A DNA stretch of 57,515 nucleotides, filler included, from Sphacelaria rigidula (GCA_964200075.2; 8 parts of 8 records of this genome joined end to end with filler, not necessarily neighbours in it); one strand, 5' to 3'; positions 38,168 to 51,790 are shown, counted from the whole stretch's first letter. Program-made: numbers and translations. The notes: generated by a model from the letters alone, not told the origin.

Positions 38168-38256
38168 AATGGTACATGCACCGGGTTGCTTTGGTCTAGG
38201 TCATCGCTGGCAGAAGCGGCACCAACGTTAGTTGCTGCTGCCTTTGGTGGCAGCAT
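37562..38256 (-). CDS. Exon 1 of the PX-domain protein (disordered poly-Ala N-terminus plus PX beta-strands)
   Basis: ORF ends ...GTYAAYRINVTAGLHQWQVLR-R with donor AG|GTAAAT; splices in phase 2 to 36487 to give VLRRYRQF; the start codon is uncertain. Confidence 0.85.
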
Positions 38257-39578
38257 GGACGGTATCTGCTTTCACTGAAACAGGGTAGGTCGCAGCAGTC
38301 TTTGCAATTAAACCAAGTTGCCCTTGAAAACGATCTCTTCCAATGCGGCGCTATAGCCAGCTGCCTAGCGTTACCTGCCTCGCCGTCGGAAATAGTTTCA
38401 ATGGCACTGTCTGTAAACTGTACTGTCTGGACGTACAATAACCGTAATAGAGATCCTGTTTGCTGTTGATCTTGAACCATTTTTTTTTTTTCGACAGGCT
38501 GCACAGCAACGATGCAATTTCAGCGATGACATTAGCTGCTAGGCTTTAGTTCCGTATGGCTGTAATAGCTTCATTTGAGGTTTTGAGCTCAAATATGCTT
38601 TTTTATCGCAAATATTGCAATTAGCTTACTATGCTTGAGACGAGCTTGACCTTCTTGAAATGCGCATATATTGCGCATTAAACGCGCATAAAGTTGCGAT
38701 AATTTTTACGCGCCTCCTGCAGCGAGCTGCCCGCAAGGGCTCCATGTTGCGTGACTCGTCACCAGAAAGACCAACAGACTTCACGCTCCAATAGTCCAAA
38801 CTTCATGGTTGTGTTTCGTGTTTCTATTTTGTTGCGGGTCTGATCAGCGACATGTATCGTATTTTGTTCTTGGTACATAGCATGAGTACCTCGTACAATG
38901 TTGTTTTTAAAAATGTGACCAAGACTAGTACACGTCTACAGCGTACAATCGGTATCAGTGGTTCGACAAAATTTTCAATGTCGATTGACGAGAGATGGTG
39001 GGAAGGAGAGGTGGTAGCTTGTAGCTTGTAGCTTGCCGGGCGAGAGGCCAAGGGCTGTAATGCCCTGTGCCCAGAGGCTACAATATCCTACTGCTGTATC
39101 ATGTATCATCAATATGATCTGTAATGTACCGGCCAAAACAGCCAAAACGGAAGCATCTGAACCTATTATAGCTTGCCATTATGCAGAATATATTTCCGCA
39201 TCCGAATACAGAATACAGTACACATTATGTTGCACATCATGCAACCGAAGGGTATGCCTTTTCTTTGTCAAAACTCGTACCCCTGGCATGAAACGTTCGC
39301 CGTGTCCGTCATAATATGACATGAGATCGAAACCCAGTAAGACAGTAAACCAGTAGGTCTACTCTCAATCAAGTCCAAATCCAAGTTCGAGCCAAACGCT
39401 AAAGCGTGAACGCTACAGGGAAACACTACCTCGCTTCAAAATTATATTTCGCGGTGTATATACTGTAGAATGGACAAGAGAGAAATTATAGGTTTCACCG
39501 AGACCGTAACAAATGATGATGCTGTATACAACCCCCCCCCGGCTGACTGCAAGTGCAGAACAATAATCCGAGGGCGAA

Positions 39579-39968
39579 GCCGGCCGCCCAGGTGGCTCAG
39601 TTTGAAACCTCGAAATCTTCTCAAGGTTGGGATATGGGTTCGAATCTCGGTGACATGAGATCTGGGAGTCTTCATCACATCATGCCCAAAAGGGAAGAGC
39701 GACTTTAGTACCAGCATATCTTGGGTACACAACATCCACCTTCACGGTCGACGAAAGAAAGCGACCGTTGGATCCTTCTCCCGAAAAAAGCAAGGCGAGT
39801 ACCGCAGACGAAGGAAGGTGAACCTTGCATGGACTACTAAAAGAAAACAAAACGCTATGTTAATCTTCCTCCTATGTGACCTCGCCTTGCCTCGCCTGAT
39901 GCTCCCACGTATACCCAAAGGTCGAGACTGCCATCCGGAATAGATGGGTGGGATGACAACACACACAC
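39579..39968 (+). mobile_element. tRNA-derived SINE (family B), apparently full length
   Basis: A box TGGCTCAGTTTG (39593-39604), B box GGTTCGAATCT (39637-39647), tail GAATAGATGGGTGGGATGACAAC(AC)n. Confidence 0.8.
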
Positions 39969-42900
39969 TGATAATATTATCCTACACAATACAAAAGTAC
40001 TACGCGTTATTCCTGTGATGGCTTTTCTATGTCACCGTATTCGAGTGACGATACTGTTGCTGTCGAAATATGACATTCGTCGACGCTGAATCTGTCTAGC
40101 ATATACATGCATTAATATCGAAACCTCACATTTTTATCGATCCTTGTCGTCCGATCATTGCATCACGAGAGAGTTCCGTTTGAACGAACCCAATGTTCGC
40201 ATTCAAGACGTTCTTCGTCGCACCTGCAGGGATGGATTGGGGCCCGCACATCAACCCTGCGATAGTGCTGCTCACCATCTTGTCGTTCATCCCGCAAAGT
40301 TTGCCAATATGTACCGCCAGCCCAGCGTCCGCCACTTATCTTCGCTTTTTTTTATGTTCGATTGGGCTTTCCGAGTCACTGGGAAACGGATGGTCGGGAC
40401 CACCCGGTTGAAAGCGCGTAGTACAAGACGACAACAAAGGAAGAAAATGGGGGGGATATACCGTAGAGGGATGCTCTTCCCAGTGAGTGGTCGATCCACG
40501 GTTCATCTTCGGCATCTGGAAATATCTGCGGAAACGATTCTAACGAAACGCTACAGTAATGTTACAGATCGTGGCGGGACTGTCGGCTGTTGTTCCCGCG
40601 TCAGGACCAGGGCAAGTAATGTCATCCCTGACATGTTGTTCCCGCGACAGCACAAGAGCAAGTAATGCCGTCAGTGGCATGGTGAATTGCTGATGTTTTG
40701 CTGTTCCTGTTGTAGGTTGGCACACTAGCGGTCCGCGCCAGCGGCGAAACGTTCTGGAGTGTGTTGTTCCTCATTTTATATTCGGAGGAAGGAGACCTCC
40801 ACTAGCTTCACTGCTCGATATAGGAATTGTTTCACCGCTCAACGAATGATGGTGACGACCACGACTTCGATCTGCATTTGAGACGAGGCGAGTATAGGCA
40901 CGGATACTACCCCATCCACATAGTATCTGGCGTATCTTCGTATAGCTGCATCTGTATTTTAACCCTTCTTCGCTGTATACTATTTTTGGTGTTCATCTAT
41001 TCGGTAATCGTTTGCTCAGCCGTCGTTTATCTCGGAAATACTTCGATACAATCAATTCATGTAATTACTCGCTGAACCGTTTGTCGATCCAACCGTGCAC
41101 GGCACACGTTATCACCTGTCACCTATTGCCGTTGTTACTTGCTGGATGTCGAATATGGACATTAAGATGTGCGGCGGTCAAGCGAGAAACAAACCGCACT
41201 AGAGGAATCGTCGCTATTCAGATCTATTGTGGTGGAGTGCGGCAAAAGAAGCTCAAGGCATAAATAGTCTCGACCAGTTTCAGCTCGCCTTCGATTTCCT
41301 TCGAACGACACACCTTCTGCGCCGCAGGTGCTCCGAATTGTGCGTGAGTGCATTTCTGTCATTGTTTATGGTATGTGTTTGCGTAGAGCTATCGATTCAT
41401 GAGTCACGTCTAGAAATAAGCCATTAACTGCGATGCTAAACCCTCCGAGTGCCTCTGCATGGGTAGGTAGTGATGATGCCCCCGCTTCGATCTTGATGCA
41501 AACCCTCCTCACCCATGTGTGATAGAAAATCATACACTATGGAGATGTAGGTGTTCATCATCTCACGTGCACGGTGTAGATTACTGCCACCCAGAGTGCA
41601 TGGTGTTCGTCGGTGAACAACCTACCACACGACGTGACATTGCGCCTGCTTCAGGGCGTCAGAACGCAGAAGCCAGCCATATACATGAGTACGGTACCAT
41701 CTCTTGCCTCTTCACCAGACAGCCGAGGAACACAGCCCGTATTCACCAGGGAAAATCTGTTCGTACATCCGTATCGGAATAAGCCGAACGGTGACAAAGA
41801 CAGATATGAACTTCGCTAGTGCAGGCTTCATACTAGACGCCGTGGCGCCTCTCGGGAAGACGGTTGAATTCTGGGATGTTAAATCTGAGCGAAAGCGTGT
41901 AGATAGACGTGAGGCTGTGTCTCGACATGAACGGAAATGGAAATGACGGTGAAAATCGAGCTCGGCATCGATTTTCGATACCGCAGGTGCGGCACCGGAA
42001 GCGGAAATGCTTCGGAGACGCGTGAGATTTGGGCCCATATACCGACCAATAGCTGGCAAAGCACAGCCGATCCAAGGGGTTCGAAGTCTGACCACGAGAG
42101 ATGCACTGCCCCCCGGACAGTGCTTGATAGCCTTCACGATAGCTCATTCCCAAACACGCTTGACCTGCTTGTTTCTGCTTTGATCCGTCAGGAAATGAGG
42201 CCGCAATGGACGTCTGTTTTCGCAGAAGGACGTAATACACACCGCTCCAAAATGCACACGTTGAGGCGGGTAGATCACAACACACAACTTTTCACACACT
42301 CCACACACCGTTGATGCTCGCCCAGTACGAACCAAACACACCCGATGAAAGCACCTTGACCTCTAGTGGAGTCAGGCTCCAGTGATGTGCGCGCGCACGA
42401 CTGTTGATCTCTATACGCGATGGTCTATGCTCCGCAGTGTTGAACATGCACCTGTGCATCTCGAAACCTTCTGAATCATGCTGACGGCGGTGCAAACTTT
42501 TCACGCTGTGTTCTCGACGAAAATAGCCGACCTGCCGATTTCAGGCAACAGTTGTGATTGCCCTGCGGGTTTGAAAAAACGAAAGTAGCAGTTCGATCGC
42601 GGTTCGGGGTAGCAGGGCCCTCATGACATCTTGTCTTTTTATTTTTATTTTTGCATTCCAATTGTTTTCGTTTGTCAAGACAAGCCGGTCGAATTCGTTT
42701 GACCTGTTTGAGCGTGCGTCGAACTCGAACAAACACCGGTCGGGGAGAAAACACATATTCATGTGCCACCGTTATGACCCAAAATAAATGGTTGTTGGCG
42801 GCAAAAATGACAAAACTTCGTTTCAATCTGTTTCAGTGCCTTTTTTTCGTCCCGTTGAAATTCGGGCTACTACCCCCCGTCCCACGCACGGTTTAAAAGA

Positions 42901-43113
42901 CGCGGACCCCCTAGGATTAGCCCTTCGATCGTAACCCCCGCCTCAGAAGAGCTTCACAGGCTGAAAGTCCCGGGCTATCCGAGGATATACAGAAGGGGGG
43001 GGTGGTTTTGGGGGAGAGGAGGGAGGGGGGGAGTTCCCAGATCAACGAAGAAGCTTCCGAAATCAGCCATGCGTGTTATGGCAATGAACACCAACGCTCT
43101 ATACCCCCCCCCC

Positions 43114-43213
43114 NNNNNNNNNNNNNNNNNNNNNNNNNNNNNNNNNNNNNNNNNNNNTTAATTAATTAANNNNNNNNNNNNNNNNNNNNNNNNNNNNNNN
43201 NNNNNNNNNNNNN
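43114..43213. other. Artificial contig linker
   Basis: 44 N + TTAATTAATTAA + 44 N. Confidence 0.99.
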
Positions 43214-43403
43214 AAATTCCCAATATTCGTCTCTCTATTTGTCAGTAATTACGAATCGGATTCAACTTTTTTTTTTTAGAGGTATCCTCAAATCCATAGC
43301 TTTTCAACAAGCCTATCGGTAGTATCGTGAGTGACTAGGTTGGCGAGATATGATTTTTACCCCATAAGGACCTTTACTTATGGCTCAGAGGAAGTATATA
43401 CAC

Positions 43404-43667
43404 AAGGTGGAGAACATGTACGCATGATTCGCGCTTCATATTGAAAAGTGGGAACATACGCACTTGATCCATCTTGTATGAATGGAAGGCAGGGAGAACA
43501 TGTACGTATGATTCATGCCGCATGAATGGAAATAGGGAAACATGTGCGCTTGGTTCACCTCGTATGAGTGGAAGGTGGAGAACGTGTGCCTACGATCCAT
43601 GCTCAATGAATGGAAATAGAAAAACCTGTACCACGCCATACGAATGGAAGGTAGGGAACGTATACCT
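43404..43667. repeat. Degenerate ~42-bp tandem repeat
   Basis: Recurrent GAATGGAARKWGGRAACATGT motif, about 6 units. Confidence 0.7.
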
Positions 43668-44708
43668 TTGACGGTGTACCGCACGAATCACGAACTAGGA
43701 ATGTGTAGACTCAGAACGGCGTCGTACGAATCACAAACCCAAAACATGTACAAATCACAACTTGGGCACGAATCGTATGATTGGTTCGTCCAAATGTTGA
43801 ATATAGGTCGAATCACGATTTTATTTGTCCGAACCGTGAAATGTTTGACCGAATTCGCTTGGCGATGACGCTGTAAAACACGCCACTCACTACGTAAGCT
43901 GAATCATCGGTGCACTCAAACGATTACGCCGCAACACTTCAGACAATCTTTTATGGCGATGGATCTCGATTTTTTAAACCCCGATTCCTTCAAAAACGGT
44001 TTGACTCAAGTTCGCGAACTCAAAATCGGGGGGACGGTTTTATGGTATTACAGATTTGTGAAAAACTTCGGGACATAAACGGTCATTTTCTGCATGAGTG
44101 CGGTATCGCGTACTCGTGGATGAAGCCGAAGAGCAGGCAGGCGGTGAGTAGTCCTTCAAATACAGTGTCGTACCGTGGTACCCTGGGGTAATCCAGTGCT
44201 GGACACTCCATCATTATAGTACATGATGATGCCGTGCGGTAATACTCAATGACACAGTCGGTATTGCGAGAACAGTGAACAGTGTGCGAGAAGAGTTCAG
44301 CAGTGCAGTGCACCCTGCAAGTACAGCGCCAACAGACTAGGATTCACAGTACTATGTGTTATATTGATACACACGGCAGCGCAGTACAGCAAAAATTATT
44401 ACCATCGCCGCAGGGTACGGCGTCAACACTTATTATCCGCTTGTGAAACCGCGCGCAAAGCTGCTTCAGCAGTTGGCGCGGGCACGCACGCCCCGCGTTA
44501 TCATGAGACTGTATTTTACTGCGGGTGTCAAAATATCAAACGCCTCGTACCCTACCACAAAATGCGTTCCTCATTTTTTCCCCCCAGATGCTCGAAAAAA
44601 TCGAGATTGGTGACTGCCATAATATACGGTCTGACAAAAATAGTGACGTTTGGTGGTTCCAAAACTTCTCGCTGTCGGCTTCCGATGTGTGTAGCTCAGT
44701 GTTCTTCA

Positions 44709-46700
44709 AAAGCACGACGAGCGCCATGGCGCTTTGGCGATATCCAGGATGGCTGGAACGGTCTTATTCCTACCCTAGACGTCGGCATCAAAAGCTCGGC
44801 TCAACTCCTGGTGTGGCCCGAGTTTTGCCCAGAAACGTTAGCAACTGTAAATATCCAATCCCGCATTGCTCTGCCAAATACAGCCGTAAACGTAGCACGT
44901 CTCACATTTTCACTCATAATTGGACAACCGCGATGCCGCTTTGAGCGCAAGACTGGGATCGTCTGAACAGCCCCATCGTGGGCAAATCGTGACTTCCGCG
45001 AGTCATTATCCCCTCTTGGCTGTACAATGAGCTGTAGACCCAACTGACGCCCCGATGCCGGCACAGGTGTCCAGGCCATGGCCGTCAATACAGCACGGAT
45101 TCCTCTTTAACGGCCATTTTCCCAGATCTAGGAGGTCCGACAGTACCGGTTATTTCGGCCCTAAATTACCAGAAATATCGGAATAGTGATCTCAGGTGAT
45201 CCCAGTCCCAATGACTTCACCAGATTCAACAGAGACAACCAAATGGTCGGAAACAATGGTTGTGGCTTGATTTCAGTGAACACCGATATTCGGATCTTTA
45301 AGGAGGCTGACAGTCCCAAGTTCCCCTAGCTCGTCCAGAACATGTTTTTGTTCAAAATCGACGCCGAAGACGCCGGTTTCACGTCTGCCAACCCACCCTT
45401 TGCCTAGAACACCCTCTGTACCCTCCATGCCCGAGGGTTCTCTCATGCCTTGGTCAGTCCCGATGACTTAACCAGATTCAACAGAGACAACCAAGTGATC
45501 GAAAACAATGGTTGTGGCTTGATTTCAGTGAACACCGATATTCTCATCTTGAAGTACCACGGCTGGACCCCTGGGGGTTAGTTAAAGTGCGACAATCAAT
45601 CAATCAATCGATAAATGAATCAAGGAGGCTGACAGTCCCAAGTGCCCCTAGCTCGTCCAGAACGTGTTTTTGTCTAAAATCGACGCCGAAGGCGCCGATT
45701 TGACGTTTGACAACGCACAGTTCGCCTAGAATACCCTCTGTACCCTCCGTGCCCGAGGGTTCTCTTATGCCTCGGTCGGAGTTAGCGTTAGCATTTGCGT
45801 TAGGGTTGACGGCAGCTCATTTGCGGTTCCAACCACTGTTTTCGACCATTTGGTAATCGTCCATCGTTTCGGCTCGGATCGCCGTGCATGTAAGTTGGTC
45901 CGAGACCGCTGTTCATAAGAGGTTGGTTAACCACTTGGTACGGTCAAGGACTTTCTCGGACATTTGTGATTCCGAAAAACTCCAACCCTAAAACCCTAAC
46001 CCTCACCCCAACGAAAGCATACCAAGAGCCCTCGGGCAAGAGGGGTGCAAAGTGTTCGCTAGACAAAGTGTGCGTTTCCAGACGTCAAATCGGCGCCTGC
46101 GGCGCCGATTTAGACAAAAACGCGTTCTACACACGCTAGTAGCACAGCCTCCATTAAAGGTTTAGATTTCGATGACTAAACTAAAAACAAGTCGGGCCAA
46201 CTTACTCTACCTAGTGGTGAACTCTACTGGTTCATAAGCCCAAGCACGACGGTGCTCTGGTCACAGCCAGGATGGCTGGGTCGGCCTCATTCCTGCCTAC
46301 ACGTCGAAACCAGGAGCCCCGCTCAATTACTTTTGTAGCGTAAGTTATATCCAGAATCGATGGCAACGGCGAATTAGGAAGGTCGCATGATGCCGACACC
46401 CACTAGTGCGATTCTAACACGTTTCACATCTTTCTTAGTACTCGACAGTGGCGATATTTTTCTGGGTTTGGCTTGGTTTGTCTGGACGTCCCCAATGTTG
46501 GCGATTCCCGGCTTGCGCGAGCTGCGTTCCCTTCTTGCTTTGTATTGGGTTGGGCACCCAATTGATCCCGCGATGCCGGTACGGGGGTCAAGGCTGTATT
46601 CGTCAATGTGACCACCAACGTCTCTCTAAAGACCATGCAACAGATCCAGGGGGTTCGAACGGGCCAGCAGTCTCGAACCCAGATTGACGAAATATTTCGA
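44709..46700. repeat. Composite repeat with direct and inverted duplications
   Basis: 252-bp tandem duplication (45203/45455); inverted pair ~45622-45800 and ~45990-46150; diverged direct repeat ~44709-45170 and ~46242-46700. Confidence 0.7.
45554..45621 (+). mobile_element. 5'-truncated family C retroposon insertion
   Basis: Present in the second but not the first copy of the 252-bp duplication; ends in (CAAT)n; possible AAG duplication. Confidence 0.85.
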
Positions 46701-47231
46701 AACAATATGTTCAGGCGATCTCGTTCCCGTTGATACGGCTAGATTACCCTCCCCGCATAACATCCGATCAGGTGGTAAGGCCGTTAGATAATTATTTAGG
46801 CCTAGAGCATTCACCCATAAGAGGTGGCCTGGTGCAACCATGTACATACACGTCTCGTTGTCTTGAATACGCCCCTCTCCCCCGCCCTCAATGGCCCTAT
46901 GACTATGACGTGCAAGATCATGAGTACACCCCCCCCCCCCCCCCGCCCCCCGTACAGACAGTAGCAATGCTAGCGAATCTTACGTCCTGACAATCTGGCA
47001 GCCGGCAAGGTGGTTATGGTAGTGTGCTTCTAGCGGTATCAACTTACAGTGCACTGGAGCAGAGTTTGCAGGTGACTATTTCGGCGATTGCCTCACCTGC
47101 AGTTCGCCCAGATGTTGCGGTTTTTTTCACGATCTCACTGAGTAACATTACACACATGTGGAAATGTACCAGACCCTGGACAAAGATTTCCACAGTCAGT
47201 ACGAAAACGACGTTGAGAGTGTACTGCGCAC

Positions 47232-47405
47232 AGTGTGTTGTCGTCCCATCTATACTGGACGCCGGTTTCCACCTCTAGGTATATGTCGGCGCACCAGCTG
47301 GGGTCACACAGGAGGAAGGTCAACACGGGAGTTCTTCCTTTTTTATCGCGAGAGGGGTTCAGCAGTTCTTTTCCCTCGTCGACCGTTAGGTCAAATTGTT
47401 TTGCA
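47232..47405 (-). mobile_element. SINE family B, 3' half
   Basis: Minus strand ACGGTCGACGAGGGAAAGAACTG...GTATAGATGGGACGACAACACAC. Confidence 0.75.
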
Positions 47406-48449
47406 CAGTATAGAATGTGTTGCCGACTGTAATTCGTGTAATAATTGTACTTGGACTCGGTAACTGCAACGCTACACTTCGAGACAACAGTGTGTAAAAA
47501 TCTCCACGGTGTGGAATGTTACAGGTGGCATTCGCATCATATCGACTGTGTTACAATACAGCTTCGCCCAAGATACAGGCAGTCATTACAGCGGCGGAGG
47601 CGGCCTTTCACTCCTGCGTGCGCCACCTGGGGTAAACGCACGCTGTAGCTGCAGCATATACAGCTTTACACAATGTGGGGTAGCGATATAGCGCGTAGCG
47701 AGGGGTGATATCCCGCGCACACGGTGTCCTCAGGTACAAGCGGCTGCGTTCATGATGTGGCGAACTGCATAGGACAGCGCGAAATCGATGTAGGGCAGGG
47801 ATAGGCTGAGGATGTGATGTCCTGCGGTGTGCTTTGTCACCCTGAACCCTGCCGCTGTGCAGGGAGCACGTAGTACCGCCGAAGGTGTCACGCTGCGGTT
47901 GGTACGCAGTGTCCAACACAGCAACAAGCAGCATATTTTATGTACATGGATGTGTGTTCTAAGACCGATGCGCGCACACACAGCAACCACTATCGCCATC
48001 ATCCATCGATCAAGGGGATACCCCCTCTACTCGAATAGGGTACCCGGGTGTCTCCTCCCCCCCTCCCCTCCTACGGCCCCAGAATAGGGCTTGCGCGACC
48101 TGGGGGGGTGGTGCCGTCATTTCCCGATATGGGGCCCCTCAGCCCAGCGTGCAGCTGCTTGACGCTTGACGCTGTCTCCTGTCTGCCGGAGAAACAGCAG
48201 TTCACAACTTTTAGTTTATAATATACCGGGAAGTAAGTCGTGTACGTGTACTTGAAAACAGGCATGATAGTGGCTGGGACTCGTGCGGGACGACCTAGCG
48301 GGCATTTGCCGGGAAACAGCTCGCGTCTCAGCGCCGGCTTGCTACGGGCCCTTGCGAATGTAGGGCGACGGCGCTAACACGAACACGATTCCACACGTCG
48401 CACGATTCATTACTCGTCGAAACGAGTGCACTCGTGGATGTTTTTTGAA

Positions 48450-48720
48450 AACACAATGAGCATGACTCCTGTGCTCAAGTCATTACTTTTTTTTACAATG
48501 AGCAATGACTCGTGTGCTCGCCCCATTAGTTTGCTTCCACAACGAGCAATGACTCGAGTGCTCGCTCCATTAATGTTTCCCACAACGAGCAATGACTCGA
48601 GTGCCCGCTCTATTAATTTTATACCACAACGAACGATGACTCGAGTGCTTGCCCTATCATTTTTTTCCACAACGAGCAATGACTCGAGTGCTCGCCCTAT
48701 TAATTTTTACGGTCAACGAG
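48450..48720. repeat. 43-44-bp tandem minisatellite (6 units)
   Basis: Same unit as 35685-35911. Confidence 0.92.
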
Positions 48721-49666
48721 AAGCCCAACGAGTGCGAGTGCCACAAGTCACACTCGTGCTCATCCGACGTGTGCACGATTCATGCTTCAATATGACTTGA
48801 CGCTTCCGTGCGATGACACATCACCATACCCCGGGTGCGTGCGGCAGACCTTCATTTTAGAGCTACTTCGAACAAGGGCCCAGCCGATATCACTCCGGTT
48901 TCACCGCCGCAATCCAAGACCGCAACGTCACAAACAACGGAATAAGTTGAAATTGGAAGCGTCCTGGGCACAGGGCAATCTATTTATGTACACGATTCGA
49001 ATGACACAACGCAACCAGTTATGAAATGGTCCTCGTTTTCCGGGTGCCGATCACGAGCGGGGTATCTTGTACGAGTTATAAGGGTACACACAGGTTGCTG
49101 TTGCGTTTCGAGTACACCTGATGGGATTACACAGGAGTGCCCAAGGAGGTGATGTACGGGTAAACATAGTATACAAATAACCTACGGATATCCTGGTACG
49201 AATACTCGGACCATACAGATCACCATCAAGCGGACTTGCACGAGTCACAGGGTCATACAGATCGTTCATCGGGCCATGTGTACAGGGCAACCGGGTTCTT
49301 CAGGTCACCAGCCGAGAAATGTGATACAGTACAAGCTGGGCCGCCGAAAGAGCTCACTTTCCTTCAGCCAGTTCTAATTGACGATGTATCGCGAGTTGTG
49401 CCTTCTATGAAACATCATGGTAATCGGCAAATCAGCGCGCGTCTTCAACTTCATGTAGCACTACGATCCGACAAGGTCTCATCAAACGAAATACCAGACT
49501 GTAGTCAAGTGCGAAAGTGTAGAGAGATGAGGGTACCGTGTGCGGCGGGATTAACCAAAAGACAACGACCGAAATTGGATTTTCGGTTACAGTCGGGTGT
49601 GCCGCGTGGTGCCGCACAAGCTGCGATCGTACAACAACACCTCGCACTAGGCGCGCAGTATCCAAG

Positions 49667-49791
49667 ATGGCACGCAGACAAGGCCCCAAGCGCGCCAAGG
49701 CGTCTGCTAGTAGTGAGCGGATCAACGAGCAGTTTGTGAAGACCTCCGAGCCGAAAGTAGAAGACAAGTCAAAGGCCAACTTCCGGCTGAG
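49667..49791 (+). CDS. Possible first exon (MARRQGPKRAKASASSERINEQFVKTSEPKVEDKSKANFRL), unknown
   Basis: CCAAG-ATG-G context and GC3-rich codons; the donor is weak and no homology was recognised. Confidence 0.25.
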
Positions 49792-50314
49792 GTTCCATCT
49801 CCACATAGGACCCGCTTTTCGAGAGAATAGCGCAATTCCCGAGCTCAATTTTCAGTTATTTTCGATGAAATTTTGACATGAGATACAGAAAGTGTGTGCG
49901 AACACCCCTTCGTTCCTCCCGTGTTTCATTTATTTATTCTTCGTGAGTTAATGGCGACATAACATTTCAGAACAGTTTTTCGGAACAAAATTGCCAATAA
50001 CATACGAAGAAAGAAGAAAACAAACAGGGGTGTAAGAACGGGTCTTCGCACATACGTCCTGTACATCGTGTCAACATTTCATCGAAAACAACATGAAATC
50101 GAACAGCATAATTCTTTGAATTATTCGTGGCTGGTCCATCTATATGTACTATAGGTACGACAGAATGACGCCAGTCGTGCGCTCAATTTTGAATAGTTTT
50201 CGATGAAATTTTGATACGATGTAGACGACGTATGTGCGAAGACCCAACATTTCTCTATGTTTTTTTTCCCCCCGTAGGTGAGTTTAGCCTGGTCCGGCGA
50301 GAACCCGGCGTGCT

Positions 50315-50414
50315 NNNNNNNNNNNNNNNNNNNNNNNNNNNNNNNNNNNNNNNNNNNNTTAATTAATTAANNNNNNNNNNNNNNNNNNNNNNNNNNNNNN
50401 NNNNNNNNNNNNNN
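50315..50414. other. Artificial contig linker
   Basis: 44 N + TTAATTAATTAA + 44 N. Confidence 0.99.
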
Positions 50415-51664
50415 ACAAGTAGTACTGCCAGTACAGGAATACTGGCAGTAGATACTGGTCCAGGACCCAACCCTACGGATTTGTGTATCCCAACGTACAG
50501 ATGTGGCAAACATGAAGAGTTCTGCAATGGTTCGCCACACCTGGCTCGTGGCCCATGTTGCAGCAGTTACAGCAAATCAACAGACACTAGTCTAGTGTGC
50601 ACAAACGACATTGAAAGTTCGTGGTCGTTGTAGATATAGCGCGATGCTTCGGGTAAGATCTAGGTCAAAATGGGTTACTGTATTAGGTGACGTGAACGGA
50701 AGGAACTTGTCGCCGCTGCTGTGTATACATACCAATCCCTACAATGAACCCATCTAGCATTATGCTCGTCGAGTACTACATTTGCACACTTGTACTGTGT
50801 ATTGGGACCAATACGCATCGGTCAATGTCACCGTGAGTTTTTCGTCATGTTTTTCTCCCCGTACTTCGACCCTCTTGATTTCCGCCCCCCCCCCCCTGCC
50901 CCTTACTTGTGATAAGTCCGTCCCCGAAGGGGATCAACCAGTGTCTCGTCGATTTTTCTGCTCTTGACGTCCTGATACTTTCAACGAGAGATATCTGCTC
51001 AAAAAGAGGCCATCAGTCAGATTGTTAGGGCGCGGCGACTTGTCTTCTCTATTTCTAGTTTATGGGTGTATAGTGTATAGTGCCCATACCGTGCGGGGAA
51101 GAAGTAGTCTGACGAATCGGGTGATAAACGGCTCAGTAAAATCTCAGGACAAATATTTTTGTACGAGTATGTCAAGATTGAGTGACTCAGCATCTCAATG
51201 CACAACGTCCCTCTCTCAATACGCTCATGAATGGAGCTGCGACTCTCCTGGGCTGTAGTCACGTTTCCCCACGACTATGTGATGCCCGATTCACGTCCCG
51301 AATGAATTTCGAATAGCGCCATTGCGCCGCTGCAAATTGTCGTGAAATAGGCTTCAAGGCAAATGCCCACTGGTGTGTACCGGTTTGTTCTGCTTCGACG
51401 AATGGTCTTGAGAAACAGGACATCTTGGCTCCTCAACCGCACCTCAGGACTCCCTCGACTGAGTGCAACACACGACCCTAAGGTGTACACCATACGTTAC
51501 ATTTTGAGAATATGTGAATGTCTTGAAACGAGCGGCGTGCTTCACAATGGAGAACGGATCTCGAGCAAGACCTTGGTGCCTTGTTGGACGGATTTCTACA
51601 CCAGTGCTTTCCCAACTTTCTCAAGCGTCGGTGTCGTCCGATGTATCCGGGTTTGGTCACCTAG

Positions 51665-51790
51665 GTCCACCCTCGATTGAAGCGCGATGCCCTTGGCGTG
51701 AGCAGCAGGCGGGAGGATCCTCTAACAAGGAGCGACTTCCTGTTGGACAGCCGCCAATGGAGCTCGCTCGTTGTCGGCAAGATATCCGAG
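51665..51790 (+). CDS. PRMT5: Protein arginine N-methyltransferase 5, TIM-barrel exon (first exon not identified)
   Basis: CTAG|GTC...GAG|GT; VHPRLKRDALGVSSRREDPLTRSDFLLDSRQWSSLVVGKISE matches recalled HPRFKR...TRSDLLL...W...VGKxS. Confidence 0.9.

Noticed and set aside
39579..39655. tRNA gene (also 4475-4550)
   Set aside because: A/B boxes are present but there is no acceptor stem or cloverleaf, and the sequence continues into a SINE body.
48450..48720. CRISPR-like array (also 35685-35911)
   Set aside because: The apparent spacers are ~17 bp and homologous to each other; there are no cas genes and the context is eukaryotic.
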